The notes: a model not told the origin generated them from the sequence alone. Counted from the stretch's first letter, positions 16,675-25,197 are shown. The stretch: 64,000 bases of DNA from an uncultured virus (IMG/VR IMGVR_UViG_3300023210_000012) (IMGVR_UViG_3300023210_000012); one strand, 5' to 3'. Numbers and translations are program-made.

Positions 16675-16687
16675 TATACTGGGCAAC
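16675..16687 (+). promoter_or_regulatory. Leaderless-type -10 element (TATACT, 7 nt before ATG); representative of a recurring pattern
   Basis: GAGGTATACTGGGCAACATG; the same spacing occurs before the starts at 5118, 8330, 8644, 12432, 14429, 15564, 16617 and 46931. Confidence 0.6.
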
Positions 16688-17296
16688 ATGGTAGGACCTC
16701 GTACAGGTAGAACTCCTCTGATTCTGCTGAATCAGTTATTCAGGTCCCCGCTGAATCATGTTTCAGTTGAAGCCGTATCTCCATCAGGGGCGCCGCATAG
16801 GCGTCCGGTTGGGCCCAGTCGTCCTAGAGAGCCTAGAACTAAGCCAGGCGCACCCTCGCAGCCAGTTCATCCGAGTCTAGCGCACTACGATCCAGCTCGA
16901 CATCACGTCGCGGTCACCTTGTCGCCTAAATCTAAGCAACGACTGCTTAATGGCGTCCCTCCGAAGCACGCCAATGTGCAGGGCGATCATGTGACGATTG
17001 TTCCTCCAGGTCAACATCTTACGGATGAACATAAGAAAGCGCTCTCCAAGCACATCGGTCAGCAGGTTAACTTCCACGTAACTCACCGCGCTGCAAACGA
17101 CGAGATCGAAGCAGGGCGAGTTCGAGGACTTAACCACCTCTCGAACAAGCCGGACAAGCACGTGACGATAGGGTCGGCTCACGGAGTGCCAGCGGTCCGG
17201 TCAAATAACCTTCTGAAGAACTCCCAGGGAGAGCGCTTGTCCGACTGGATCCCGCTCACCGGCACCGTTCACGTTGTCGATCGGATGGCACGCTAA
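16688..17296 (+). CDS. Tagged 2H phosphoesterase (cyclic phosphodiesterase-like)
   Basis: Two HxT motifs (DHVTI, KHVTI) followed by GVPAVRSNNLL, like tRNA-ligase CPD domains; N-terminus RTPLILLNQLFRSPL. Confidence 0.75.
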   Translation: MVGPRTGRTPLILLNQLFRSPLNHVSVEAVSPSGAPHRRPVGPSRPREPRTKPGAPSQPVHPSLAHYDPARHHVAVTLSPKSKQRLLNGVPPKHANVQGDHVTIVPPGQHLTDEHKKALSKHIGQQVNFHVTHRAANDEIEAGRVRGLNHLSNKPDKHVTIGSAHGVPAVRSNNLLKNSQGERLSDWIPLTGTVHVVDRMAR

Positions 17297-17450
17297 GGAC
17301 CCTACCCGTTCTCGCACGTGCTCTGCCAGCAGGGATCGCACCAGTAGCTGGTCCCATCACTGCAGAGATCGCCCCTATCGAACGTCTCGTAAGGTTCGTG
17401 GCACGTGCAGTGACAGGATTCTTTGTGATCTTCCATACAGTGTTCTACCT

Positions 17451-18089
17451 TCACAGCAGCTTTCGTTTGCTGAATCCGGCGATCTTGAACCGCTTCCTCA
17501 GCTTTCTGATCTGGTATACGGTTGTTCCGACTATGTCGGCGATCTGCTTATCCGGCAGCAGTCCAAGGACCGGCCTAGCTCTCCGTTTCCAGTCCGGAAT
17601 TGCTGGCACTTCGTAATCAATTCCGATCCGCTTGTAGGCGGCGGAGATGTTCCCGAAGTGGACGACCGCAGAGTGTAGGACATCAGTGTAGTCTCGCTCA
17701 AGCTGATAGAACGGCACGCTGCCGAGGTCCACCAGCCTGTCTAGCGTCTGCTCTGGGCAATAGAAGGCGAAGTTGTAGCGTCCTGTCTCCTGGACCTTGC
17801 CGAGCAGTCTCGGCTGTGTCTTGTTCCCGCATCTAGGGCACGCAGTCCTCGTGTCGGTGACGTCGTTGCTGAAGCCTTTCAGGATATCGATGGGTTTGAT
17901 CATCCGGCCGCAGTTATCGCACTCGCACCAGAGCCTGTATTTGATGTCGTGGACTCTCTTGATTAGCAGCAGGCGCTTGGCGAGCATCCGCTCCTCGACT
18001 ATTAGTCGTTGGGTCAGTGTGAGTCGTTGATCAAGTCGTAGTTCTTGCCGATAGGAGAGGTCTTGGGAAAAGGAAAGGGAGAGGTGCAT
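17451..18089 (-). CDS. Zinc-ribbon plus HTH putative transcription factor with a Leu/Gln-rich N-terminus
   Basis: CDNC and CPRC; C-terminal DKQIADIVGTTVYQIRKLRKRFKI HTH. Confidence 0.7.
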   Translation of the reverse strand: MHLSLSFSQDLSYRQELRLDQRLTLTQRLIVEERMLAKRLLLIKRVHDIKYRLWCECDNCGRMIKPIDILKGFSNDVTDTRTACPRCGNKTQPRLLGKVQETGRYNFAFYCPEQTLDRLVDLGSVPFYQLERDYTDVLHSAVVHFGNISAAYKRIGIDYEVPAIPDWKRRARPVLGLLPDKQIADIVGTTVYQIRKLRKRFKIAGFSKRKLL

Positions 18090-18190
18090 GAGATCCTGGT
18101 ATCTGTTGGTGTTTACTAAATCACCAAACCAAGACGCAGGATCCGTGCCATTCGTGCTTATTAACTTAACTCGTGGATTACGGTTAGTCG

Positions 18191-18350
18191 GGCCAGCCGC
18201 AGCCAGCCGTGGCTAGCCGTGGCTAGCCGCGTTTGGCCGGAATCAGCCGGAATCGGCCAGGACTAGTCGCGCCTAGCTCAGGACTAGTCGCGCTCCCTGG
18301 GGAGCGGATTCAGGTTCCCTGGGGAGCGCCGGGTTCCTGGGGAGCCCCCC
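18191..18350. repeat. Intergenic cluster of short GC-rich direct repeats
   Basis: AGCCGTGGCT x2, GCCGGAATC x2, CAGGACTAGTCGCGC x2, CCTGGGGAGC x3. Confidence 0.75.
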
Positions 18351-18374
18351 ACCGAAGGCTGGGTATAAGAAGAC

Positions 18375-18644
18375 ATGAATCAACCACAAACGTGCGATTG
18401 CGGAAACGAAGCCGACCTTCTCCCTCCGGTCACTGAAGAGCCGATGTGCCTTCGCTGTCAGGTCATGCTCACAGCTATGGTCTCCCTAGTGCCGGATCCA
18501 TCCGCCATAGCTCAGTCTGAGGAGCAGGTATCCATGTTGGAAAAGAGATTCCCTGATGCCCCAATCAGGGAGTTCATGGAGTCCGCCAGAGCGATCCTTC
18601 TGAGCAACGAGTCGTTCCTGTTCCATCGCTCACTGAATCTCTAG
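18375..18644 (+). CDS. Small Cys-motif hypothetical protein
   Basis: CDC...CLRC; GGGTATAAG ends 5 nt before the ATG. Confidence 0.6.
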   Translation: MNQPQTCDCGNEADLLPPVTEEPMCLRCQVMLTAMVSLVPDPSAIAQSEEQVSMLEKRFPDAPIREFMESARAILLSNESFLFHRSLNL

Positions 18645-18655
18645 TCCGTACATGC

Positions 18656-18683
18656 AAAAAGGCCACCCCGAAGGGTGACCTTT
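18656..18683. terminator. Bidirectional intrinsic terminator
   Basis: AAAAAGGCCACCC-CGAA-GGGTGACCTTT; the loop reads UUCG on the minus strand; lies between convergent genes. Confidence 0.75.
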
Positions 18684-18702
18684 CGCAATCGCCGACCGTC
18701 GG

Positions 18703-18732
18703 TTAGACAAGGTTTGTGATGTTGACCATGCT
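18703..18732 (-). pseudogene. Orphan duplicate of the major capsid gene 3' end (SMVNITNLV*)
   Basis: AGC ATG GTC AAC ATC ACA AAC CTT GTC TAA versus the capsid end TCT ATG GTT AAC ATC ACA AAC CTT GTC TAG. Confidence 0.8.
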
Positions 18733-18756
18733 CAGAGAGGCTGCAGTGCCAGAGAA

Positions 18757-19767
18757 TCATCTGGCCTCTTTCCATGTTCGTAGATTTACGATGTCACTGA
18801 TGATCCAGCGACCCACCTTGAACTCTTCCGCTAGATCAGACACCTTCTCTCCCTGTGCGGCTCGTGCTCGAACCTCTCTGACCTTGGCCCAGTTCATCTT
18901 TGCGCGAGGGTTGTTCTCACCAGAGAAGACTGGGATCTTCCTGTGCGGAGTAAATCCCTCAACTACAACGTGGTCCCATGCTTTTCCTGTCCGAACATTC
19001 GCGATGGTGTCGATGCTGACTCCATAGACACCGGCGATATCTACGTCCTTCTTGGCTGGATTGTCTCGCAGCCAGGCCTTGATCTCGCGAACTTCGTCTG
19101 CAGTCAGCCTACGGTTCATGACATTAACGCGGGCCGGGGTAGTCAGCGTCTTCTCAACAGACCACCCCGCGTTCAGTCTATTGTAGAACACGTGCGGTTT
19201 CGTGCTCTTTATGCGAGCCCACTCGGTGAGTGTGTGCGTTTCATCACCAAGTGTAAGTCGGCGGTTGGAGCTCTTGTTGTTAGCCTGTTCTGTGTCAGTC
19301 GCCCACTCGCAGTTCTTGAGAGTGTAATTGCCGTCGTTGTCGATGCGATTTATTGAATGCTTATCGGACGGGCGCTTTCCCATGTCTTCGTAGAAGTTGC
19401 GAAACCCATTCTTCCCCCTCCAGCGGTCGCACACCCTGATTCCGCGACCACCATACCGCCCATAAGACGCACTGTTTGGGTTGTAGCAACGAGCGCTCAT
19501 CCCACTCCAGGTATACCATTCCACGGTATATGTCAGACCGTGGTCTCGGCGGGCCGCCGACCTACGTTCACTAAGATCATGCCCGCACGTCCGGACGCCA
19601 TTTTTTCTCATGTGGCGACCTGGGATGACCTTCTCGTTGCCGCAGTCGCATACGCACAGCCAGTGTGCGTGCTGCCTTATGTAGAGCCCAGCTTCCGGAG
19701 GAGGATCGACTCGCTTGACCACTAGGAGACTGCCGTACCTCTTCCCTGTCATGTCTATTAAGCCCAT
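18757..19767 (-). CDS. HNH-type homing endonuclease with C-terminal HTH repeats
   Basis: DMTGKRYGSLLV, WLCVCDCG, YGGRGIRVCDRW and SINRIDNDGNYTLKNCEWA motifs. Confidence 0.85.
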   Translation of the reverse strand: MGLIDMTGKRYGSLLVVKRVDPPPEAGLYIRQHAHWLCVCDCGNEKVIPGRHMRKNGVRTCGHDLSERRSAARRDHGLTYTVEWYTWSGMSARCYNPNSASYGRYGGRGIRVCDRWRGKNGFRNFYEDMGKRPSDKHSINRIDNDGNYTLKNCEWATDTEQANNKSSNRRLTLGDETHTLTEWARIKSTKPHVFYNRLNAGWSVEKTLTTPARVNVMNRRLTADEVREIKAWLRDNPAKKDVDIAGVYGVSIDTIANVRTGKAWDHVVVEGFTPHRKIPVFSGENNPRAKMNWAKVREVRARAAQGEKVSDLAEEFKVGRWIISDIVNLRTWKEAR

Positions 19768-19851
19768 GATGTGTTATACCCATAGGACGAGCCGGGAAAG
19801 GTGCGCTAACACCTTATACCGGCCCTGACCAGCAGACCGGAGAGGGTCCAC

Positions 19852-20712
19852 ATGGCTGCCAGCGAGAGTATCCTCCTAGAGCTCGAATCTCAAGAAGAAG
19901 CACGATTCTGGGCTAAGGTGCAGAAACTGCGGCCCGATCAGTGCTGGCCGTGGATCGCCAAGAGCAAGGCCCACGGGTATGGCCTCTGGAGGGTCAGGAA
20001 AAAGCTCTACCGAGCGCACCGCGTGGCCTACATCCTCGGCAACGGTAAGGTCCTGGGGCCCTTAGACGCGCTCCACAGCTGCCACGTTAGGTCCTGCTGC
20101 AATCCTGCTCACCTGAGCCCTGGAACGCACCTACAAAATATGCAGCAGATGGTGGCTGCGGGCCGCCACTGGCGTAAGGGCACGGCCAAGCCGAAGGTCT
20201 ACAGGCCGCACAGACCTACTAAGCCCATCCCTGAGCTCACTGGTCCTGACGAGGACAGGTTCTGGTCCTACGTCGATAAAGGAGCCCCAGACGAGTGCTG
20301 GCTATGGATCGGTGCCACCAGGAAGAATCAGTTCGCTGATGGTCGAGGCTATGGAGTGCTTCGGATCTCCGGGAAAACGGTCGATACCCACAAGATCAGC
20401 TACGCCCTCGCGAATGGATATGGGCACGGACTGTTCGTTCTTCACGAATGTGATGAACCGTGGTGCGTGAACCCACAGCACCTAGTCGGCGGGACACAGC
20501 GCAAGAACCTTGAGGACATGTATGCGCGTGGCCGAGGCCGAAAGGCACGCGGCGCATCTGCCGGAAAGGCTAAGCTGCAGCCGGAGGACGTAATAGCAAT
20601 CCGCGAGCGATTGAATTCCGGCGAGAAGAACATCGTCTTGGCCAAAGAGTTCGGCGTCCACTCGGCTACCATCGGCGACATCAAATATCAGCGATCCTGG
20701 AAACACCTGTAG
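19852..20712 (+). CDS. Homing endonuclease with two HNH (His-Cys type) repeats
   Basis: Tandem RFWxxV...CWxW...H...HxC...CxNPxHL..GT...N units; GGAGAGG RBS. Confidence 0.85.
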   Translation: MAASESILLELESQEEARFWAKVQKLRPDQCWPWIAKSKAHGYGLWRVRKKLYRAHRVAYILGNGKVLGPLDALHSCHVRSCCNPAHLSPGTHLQNMQQMVAAGRHWRKGTAKPKVYRPHRPTKPIPELTGPDEDRFWSYVDKGAPDECWLWIGATRKNQFADGRGYGVLRISGKTVDTHKISYALANGYGHGLFVLHECDEPWCVNPQHLVGGTQRKNLEDMYARGRGRKARGASAGKAKLQPEDVIAIRERLNSGEKNIVLAKEFGVHSATIGDIKYQRSWKHL

Positions 20713-20717
20713 ATGCG

Positions 20718-20750
20718 AAAAAGCCCACCCCGAAGGGTGGGCTTCTTCTT
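20718..20750. terminator. Bidirectional intrinsic terminator after the major capsid gene
   Basis: AAAAAGCCCACCC-CGAA-GGGTGGGCTTCTTCTT. Confidence 0.85.
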
Positions 20751-20786
20751 GGTCACACTGGTCAGGTCTAGGACCTAACCCCTTGC

Positions 20787-22223
20787 CTAGACAAGGTTTG
20801 TGATGTTAACCATAGAAAAGAATTCAGGACGAACCATCGAGATCTTGTGTCGGGTCCGGATGGCACGCCTCAGCGACATGTCATTTGGATCAACGAAGTT
20901 CGGCGTGATCTCCATCGGGATGTAGGGCGAGTAGATGACGCCCGTATCGAGGATGCTTGGTCCTTGATACCCCATGAGGATCTTGTCTTGCGGGAAGACA
21001 GGATCAACGTAGATGACCCACTTGCGGTTGAGAACACCAGCCTTGCTGATGCCGCCCTGGTAGACGTGACCTTCGTCAATCGCCGAGAAGCCTTCCATCG
21101 TCTCCAGAAGAGCAGCGACCTCAGACGAGGTGATCGCCCAGTTGGCCGGTGCACGCTGGGTGCGACGGTGAATGACCTGCGAGGCAGTCGACATGCGGAT
21201 CACGAGCGACTTGAGGTGCTCAGGATCCGAAACGGCCGAAGGTGTCGCACGGTCCCAAGGGACAATGGCGGCAGACTCGACACCGTTAAGAATCGTGCCG
21301 ACGATCTCGCGATCGATTTCAGCGGTCATCTCATCGGACATCTGGGCGACCAGGTCCGCATCGACGTCACGGCCCCAGAGGGCGCGGAGGTCATCAGCGG
21401 CTTCGACGCTGGCGAGGCTCTTGAGCTTGCGGCTCTCGGCCTGGATCTCCTGGATCGTGATGTCCAGCTGAACTTCCGGGATACGAGCGTTGAGCTCGTT
21501 GTTGTACCGGTAGAAGACCTCGACCGTGTCACCGAGCGCAGGCGCGGTTCCGAAGTTGAGGGTGACGGTGCCCGTGGTGTAGTTGATGGTTCCAGAACCA
21601 CCAGCCATGGCGCCAGCCAGAGCGGTGAAGGTGCCACCGGCGTCAACCGCGAGGACAGCCGTTCCGCCAGCCTGGGTGCGAATCTGAACCGTTCCGCCGA
21701 TCACTGGAGGCCACTTGAGGGCACCCGTGAAGGTAGCAGTAACGCCATCGCCGGTGCCGAACGGCTCGCCGTCGATGAAGTTGCTGGAATACCAGCGGTT
21801 AAAGTTCTTGTTCATCTCCGTGCCAGCCGTGATCTGACCCTTGTCAGAAGCGTAGCGAGGACGGTAGAACGCGATGCCACCGATCGGGCCCGTCATGGGC
21901 TGGACCGATGCGATCGAGGTTGCAACCAAGCGAATCGCGGTTCGCCTGATAACGGGGAAAACGAATTTGAGGAATGGGCCGACCGACAAGGCGCGGGTTT
22001 CCTCAGAGAGACGGCGAAGGTGCTTACTCTCGTTTTCCAGCATGAAGGCAGCGATGCTCTTCACGTAGGAGGTATGGCCTGGAGGAACGAAATCCGCGAT
22101 CTCGTGCTCCATGCCCTCTAGTACCGGGGCCCACTTGCGCGTGTAGGCGCCGACCACACTGTCGTCCGACAGAGCAACACCATCCATGTTCTCTGTCAGC
22201 ATTTGTCTTGCTTGAAACATCAT
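20787..22223 (-). CDS. gp23: Major capsid protein, T4 gp23-like
   Basis: VQPMTGPIG, AESRKLK, EIDREI and YSPYIP motifs; AAGGAGG RBS; followed by a strong terminator. Confidence 0.92.
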   Translation of the reverse strand: MMFQARQMLTENMDGVALSDDSVVGAYTRKWAPVLEGMEHEIADFVPPGHTSYVKSIAAFMLENESKHLRRLSEETRALSVGPFLKFVFPVIRRTAIRLVATSIASVQPMTGPIGGIAFYRPRYASDKGQITAGTEMNKNFNRWYSSNFIDGEPFGTGDGVTATFTGALKWPPVIGGTVQIRTQAGGTAVLAVDAGGTFTALAGAMAGGSGTINYTTGTVTLNFGTAPALGDTVEVFYRYNNELNARIPEVQLDITIQEIQAESRKLKSLASVEAADDLRALWGRDVDADLVAQMSDEMTAEIDREIVGTILNGVESAAIVPWDRATPSAVSDPEHLKSLVIRMSTASQVIHRRTQRAPANWAITSSEVAALLETMEGFSAIDEGHVYQGGISKAGVLNRKWVIYVDPVFPQDKILMGYQGPSILDTGVIYSPYIPMEITPNFVDPNDMSLRRAIRTRHKISMVRPEFFSMVNITNLV

Positions 22224-22281
22224 TGCCTCCTTGGCAAATCAAAGCCGACGCCTTTGTCGGCTGTTGTGAATTAGCTCGGCG

Positions 22282-24087
22282 CTACCTGCGCCGACCTGCA
22301 GATCCCAAAGTCCTGATCTCCTCCATGGAGATGTCCATTCCTTCGAGGTTGGGGACTGGGGTTCCACGACCGCCGGACTGCTCGTTCATCACTTCTTGAC
22401 GACGGCGATCCTGATCGGGGGCGAACTCCCGGCCTGAGCCGAAGAACGTACGGACGCGCTCTTTGGCGCCCATTTCGTCCGCACTCCAGTCGGAGTGTTC
22501 GGCGATTTGATTGATTCGTTCTTTGCCGCGAACCTCGCCGCTTTCGATGCGGCCCAGGAGCTCTCGACGGTTTGGGTGACCGGCCAGACGGGTGGACGCG
22601 TAGGAGCGATCCTCCATCTGTGCAGCGAGCTGATTGGCCCGTCCAAGGCGCTGCTGCATCTCGTCGTTCTGCTGGGCCAGGTTAGAGATCGTTCGATCCT
22701 TACTGGCGAGGCCCTCTTCAAGGCGCTCAGCGAGAGCTGACATCTGCTTGCGCAGTTCGGAGTCTTCTTCCTTGAGACGGTCCGCACGCTTCTGGGCGAG
22801 CTTGGCCTTCTGCTGCTCAACCTTGAGCTCAGTGTCGCGCTCTTCGCGGACCGCAGATTTCGCCTCTTCCAAAGCCTGGTCGGCAGAGTTGATCGCCGTC
22901 TCAACGCGCTGCTGAAGAACCTCGACGTCGGTAATAAGGGCAATGTCGCCGACCATCTCTTTGATCGTGGTCGCATCGCTGCGGCCCGCAGTGATCTCGG
23001 AGACGTAGAGGCGGAAGCCGAGGTTACGGGCGTGCTCGACAGCTTCGGCCTTCTCAGCCGCAGCTTCTGCGAGCTTGGCCTGGTAGCCCTTGATGTTCTG
23101 GGAGAGGCTCTGAACTTCCTCATGCTTCTCGTCAATGACCTTCTTGACGTCGACGGGAGGGTTGAAGGGGATCACGAGCTTGGCGATCTGCTCCAGAGCG
23201 AGCTTGGCGCCAGCGACCTGTGGATCCGCTGCCATCTCAGAGCGGACGACGGCTTCGACCTCTTCGCGGATACCAGCGGTTGCCCGAACCAGCTTGGCCG
23301 CGAAGTCTTCTTTCAGCTCCTTGACGACCACTGGGTAGAGCTCGACCTTGAAGTCCTCACGGAGGGTCTCACGACTCGCCGCAAGTGCCTTCTGGACGTC
23401 TTGCTCCATCTCGACTCGCATCGCCTCGACGGTGGTCGAAGATCCAATGCTGAGTGCCTGCTCCTCAATCGAGTTGATCAAGCTAGGGAACTTGGCGCGA
23501 AGATCGTCTGAGGTGACGTTCTCGGCGATGCCCTCATCTGATTCGGAGAAGAACTTGGGGTAGGCGGTGGAGACTGCGGGGTCGAGGACGAAGTCGAACG
23601 CGACGAGGCGGAAGTCCTCACCAACGATCTCTTTGCCGGACTCGTGGTGTGGGCGGGTCGACCCGAGGCCACGGCTAGAAACACCAACGGCGCCGCCAGC
23701 GCGAAGAATTGCGGCCAGGTTGCGGCCGTGGTCGGTCTCTTCAATGATCTGGAACTTGCCGAAGATCGTTCCGTCAGATTCGATGCGGAGGGCACGGATG
23801 ATCGCACCGGTGTCGCGGATACGACTCTTGCCATCGCCTGGGTGATCAACGGCTGCGTAGAGAGACGACTCATCGATGCGTGTCTGAAGGCGGTCCAACT
23901 CACGGTTCATGAGTCGAGTGGGGTAGATGCGCCCGTTAGCTGTTGGGGTGTCGCAGTGTCCGATCTTGCCTTCTGCGAAGAGCTTCTTGTCTCCGCCGTC
24001 CTCCGATTCAACGATGGACGCCGCGAGTTGCGCTACGCCCTGGTTGTCGATCAGAACACGACGCTCAGTAATTAGCGTGGTCGACAT
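22282..24087 (-). CDS. Prohead protease (gp21-like) fused to a coiled-coil scaffold-like region
   Basis: NGRIYP, DHP, GVSSRGLGS and FDFVLDPA; long Glu/Ala/Lys-rich C-terminus; immediately upstream of the capsid gene. Confidence 0.88.
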   Translation of the reverse strand: MSTTLITERRVLIDNQGVAQLAASIVESEDGGDKKLFAEGKIGHCDTPTANGRIYPTRLMNRELDRLQTRIDESSLYAAVDHPGDGKSRIRDTGAIIRALRIESDGTIFGKFQIIEETDHGRNLAAILRAGGAVGVSSRGLGSTRPHHESGKEIVGEDFRLVAFDFVLDPAVSTAYPKFFSESDEGIAENVTSDDLRAKFPSLINSIEEQALSIGSSTTVEAMRVEMEQDVQKALAASRETLREDFKVELYPVVVKELKEDFAAKLVRATAGIREEVEAVVRSEMAADPQVAGAKLALEQIAKLVIPFNPPVDVKKVIDEKHEEVQSLSQNIKGYQAKLAEAAAEKAEAVEHARNLGFRLYVSEITAGRSDATTIKEMVGDIALITDVEVLQQRVETAINSADQALEEAKSAVREERDTELKVEQQKAKLAQKRADRLKEEDSELRKQMSALAERLEEGLASKDRTISNLAQQNDEMQQRLGRANQLAAQMEDRSYASTRLAGHPNRRELLGRIESGEVRGKERINQIAEHSDWSADEMGAKERVRTFFGSGREFAPDQDRRRQEVMNEQSGGRGTPVPNLEGMDISMEEIRTLGSAGRRR

Positions 24088-24213
24088 GTGTGCTCCCTTG
24101 TTTCTTTATCGTGAAGCCAGGATTCGAACCCGGCGCTAGTTGTTAAGGCCAGCTTGCCCCCAATGGGCACTCCACAAACCATTGCTAGCCAAGCATCAGG
24201 CTAGCATCAAACG

Positions 24214-25194
24214 TTACAGCTGTGCGAGACCCCTCTTGAGATCGCGAGACAGGCTGTTGAGGTCTTCGATCGCGTCGTCCACATCAGTGGTCTGGCTTTC
24301 GGAGATCGCCCTGAGGAGAAGCACCGCATCGCTTGCGACACCCTCGAAGAACTTGCCGAGCTTCACGCGTGGGTTGCCGGACGTGACCCGCTGGTTCGAC
24401 TCGCGGAGCTGGTTAGCGATGCCGTGAGCAACTTCGCTGGCCGTGTCGCGGATCGCCTCGAAACCCTCGATGATCTTGTTGCCAAGATCCTGCATCTCGT
24501 CGTTGGACTCGGTCTTCGCCGTCAGCTTCTTGAGCTCACCGACGAGGCTGCCGAGAGACTCGGCCTTTTCGCTGGGGCGAGGGGAAGCGTCGTGGTAACG
24601 CCAGCCCTTGTTCTGACGCATCGCGTTAGTCCCGTCGACCTTTTCGATCGGGTTGTTCTCGCCGTTACCAGCCCATGCTGGGAAGTTTCCGGCGGGAAGC
24701 TCATCGGGATCGTGGTCAGGCTCCTGCTTGAGGTACTTGCCCTGGGTCTCGATGATGAAGGACATGGCGTTGACGACGGTCTTATAGTCGGACTCGTTGA
24801 GACGCTCATTGCGCTCGTTGAGGGCGTAGTACTGCTTGACGCAGTTCCATGCGGACTCGTAGGACGCGTACTCTTCTTCTGGGGACATGTCGTAGTCGCT
24901 GAAGCCAGCGCCCGTGTCGTAGTTTTCCTTCTCTTCCGGCTCAGGGGCAGGAGCAGGAGCAGGAGCAGGAGGAGCTCCGCCGCCGCCCTTGGGCTGGAAC
25001 GGAGTGAGCTTGGGCGCCGGAGCAGCGGGAGCGCCGGTCGGATCTGGCGCGGCCATGCTGGGATCTTCTTCAGGCGCCATCGGATCATTCGGATCATCCA
25101 TCTCGTTGAGACGGCGATTGCCCCTTGGCTGCTTGACGAGACCGAGGACTTGGAGGTCCTCCATCAGCGAGGTTGTCGGCTTCTGGTCGTACAT
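24214..25194 (-). CDS. Probable prohead core/scaffold-associated acidic protein
   Basis: Position in the head operon; several LxE sites; Pro/Ala linker; AGGAG RBS. Confidence 0.6.
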   Translation of the reverse strand: MYDQKPTTSLMEDLQVLGLVKQPRGNRRLNEMDDPNDPMAPEEDPSMAAPDPTGAPAAPAPKLTPFQPKGGGGAPPAPAPAPAPEPEEKENYDTGAGFSDYDMSPEEEYASYESAWNCVKQYYALNERNERLNESDYKTVVNAMSFIIETQGKYLKQEPDHDPDELPAGNFPAWAGNGENNPIEKVDGTNAMRQNKGWRYHDASPRPSEKAESLGSLVGELKKLTAKTESNDEMQDLGNKIIEGFEAIRDTASEVAHGIANQLRESNQRVTSGNPRVKLGKFFEGVASDAVLLLRAISESQTTDVDDAIEDLNSLSRDLKRGLAQL

Positions 25195-25197
25195 TTC

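Noticed and set aside
18191..18350. Possible CRISPR array
   Set aside because: Repeats are 9-15 nt, of several different families, with no regular unique spacers and no cas genes.
18703..20813. Group I intron in the capsid gene
   Set aside because: The capsid ORF is complete with its own stop and terminator, the two HNH genes are divergent, and I saw no intron core. A 3'-end duplication fits better, though only RNA data can exclude splicing.
20847..22121. 424-aa + strand ORF
   Set aside because: Antisense shadow of the major capsid gene, expected from its codon bias; no motifs.
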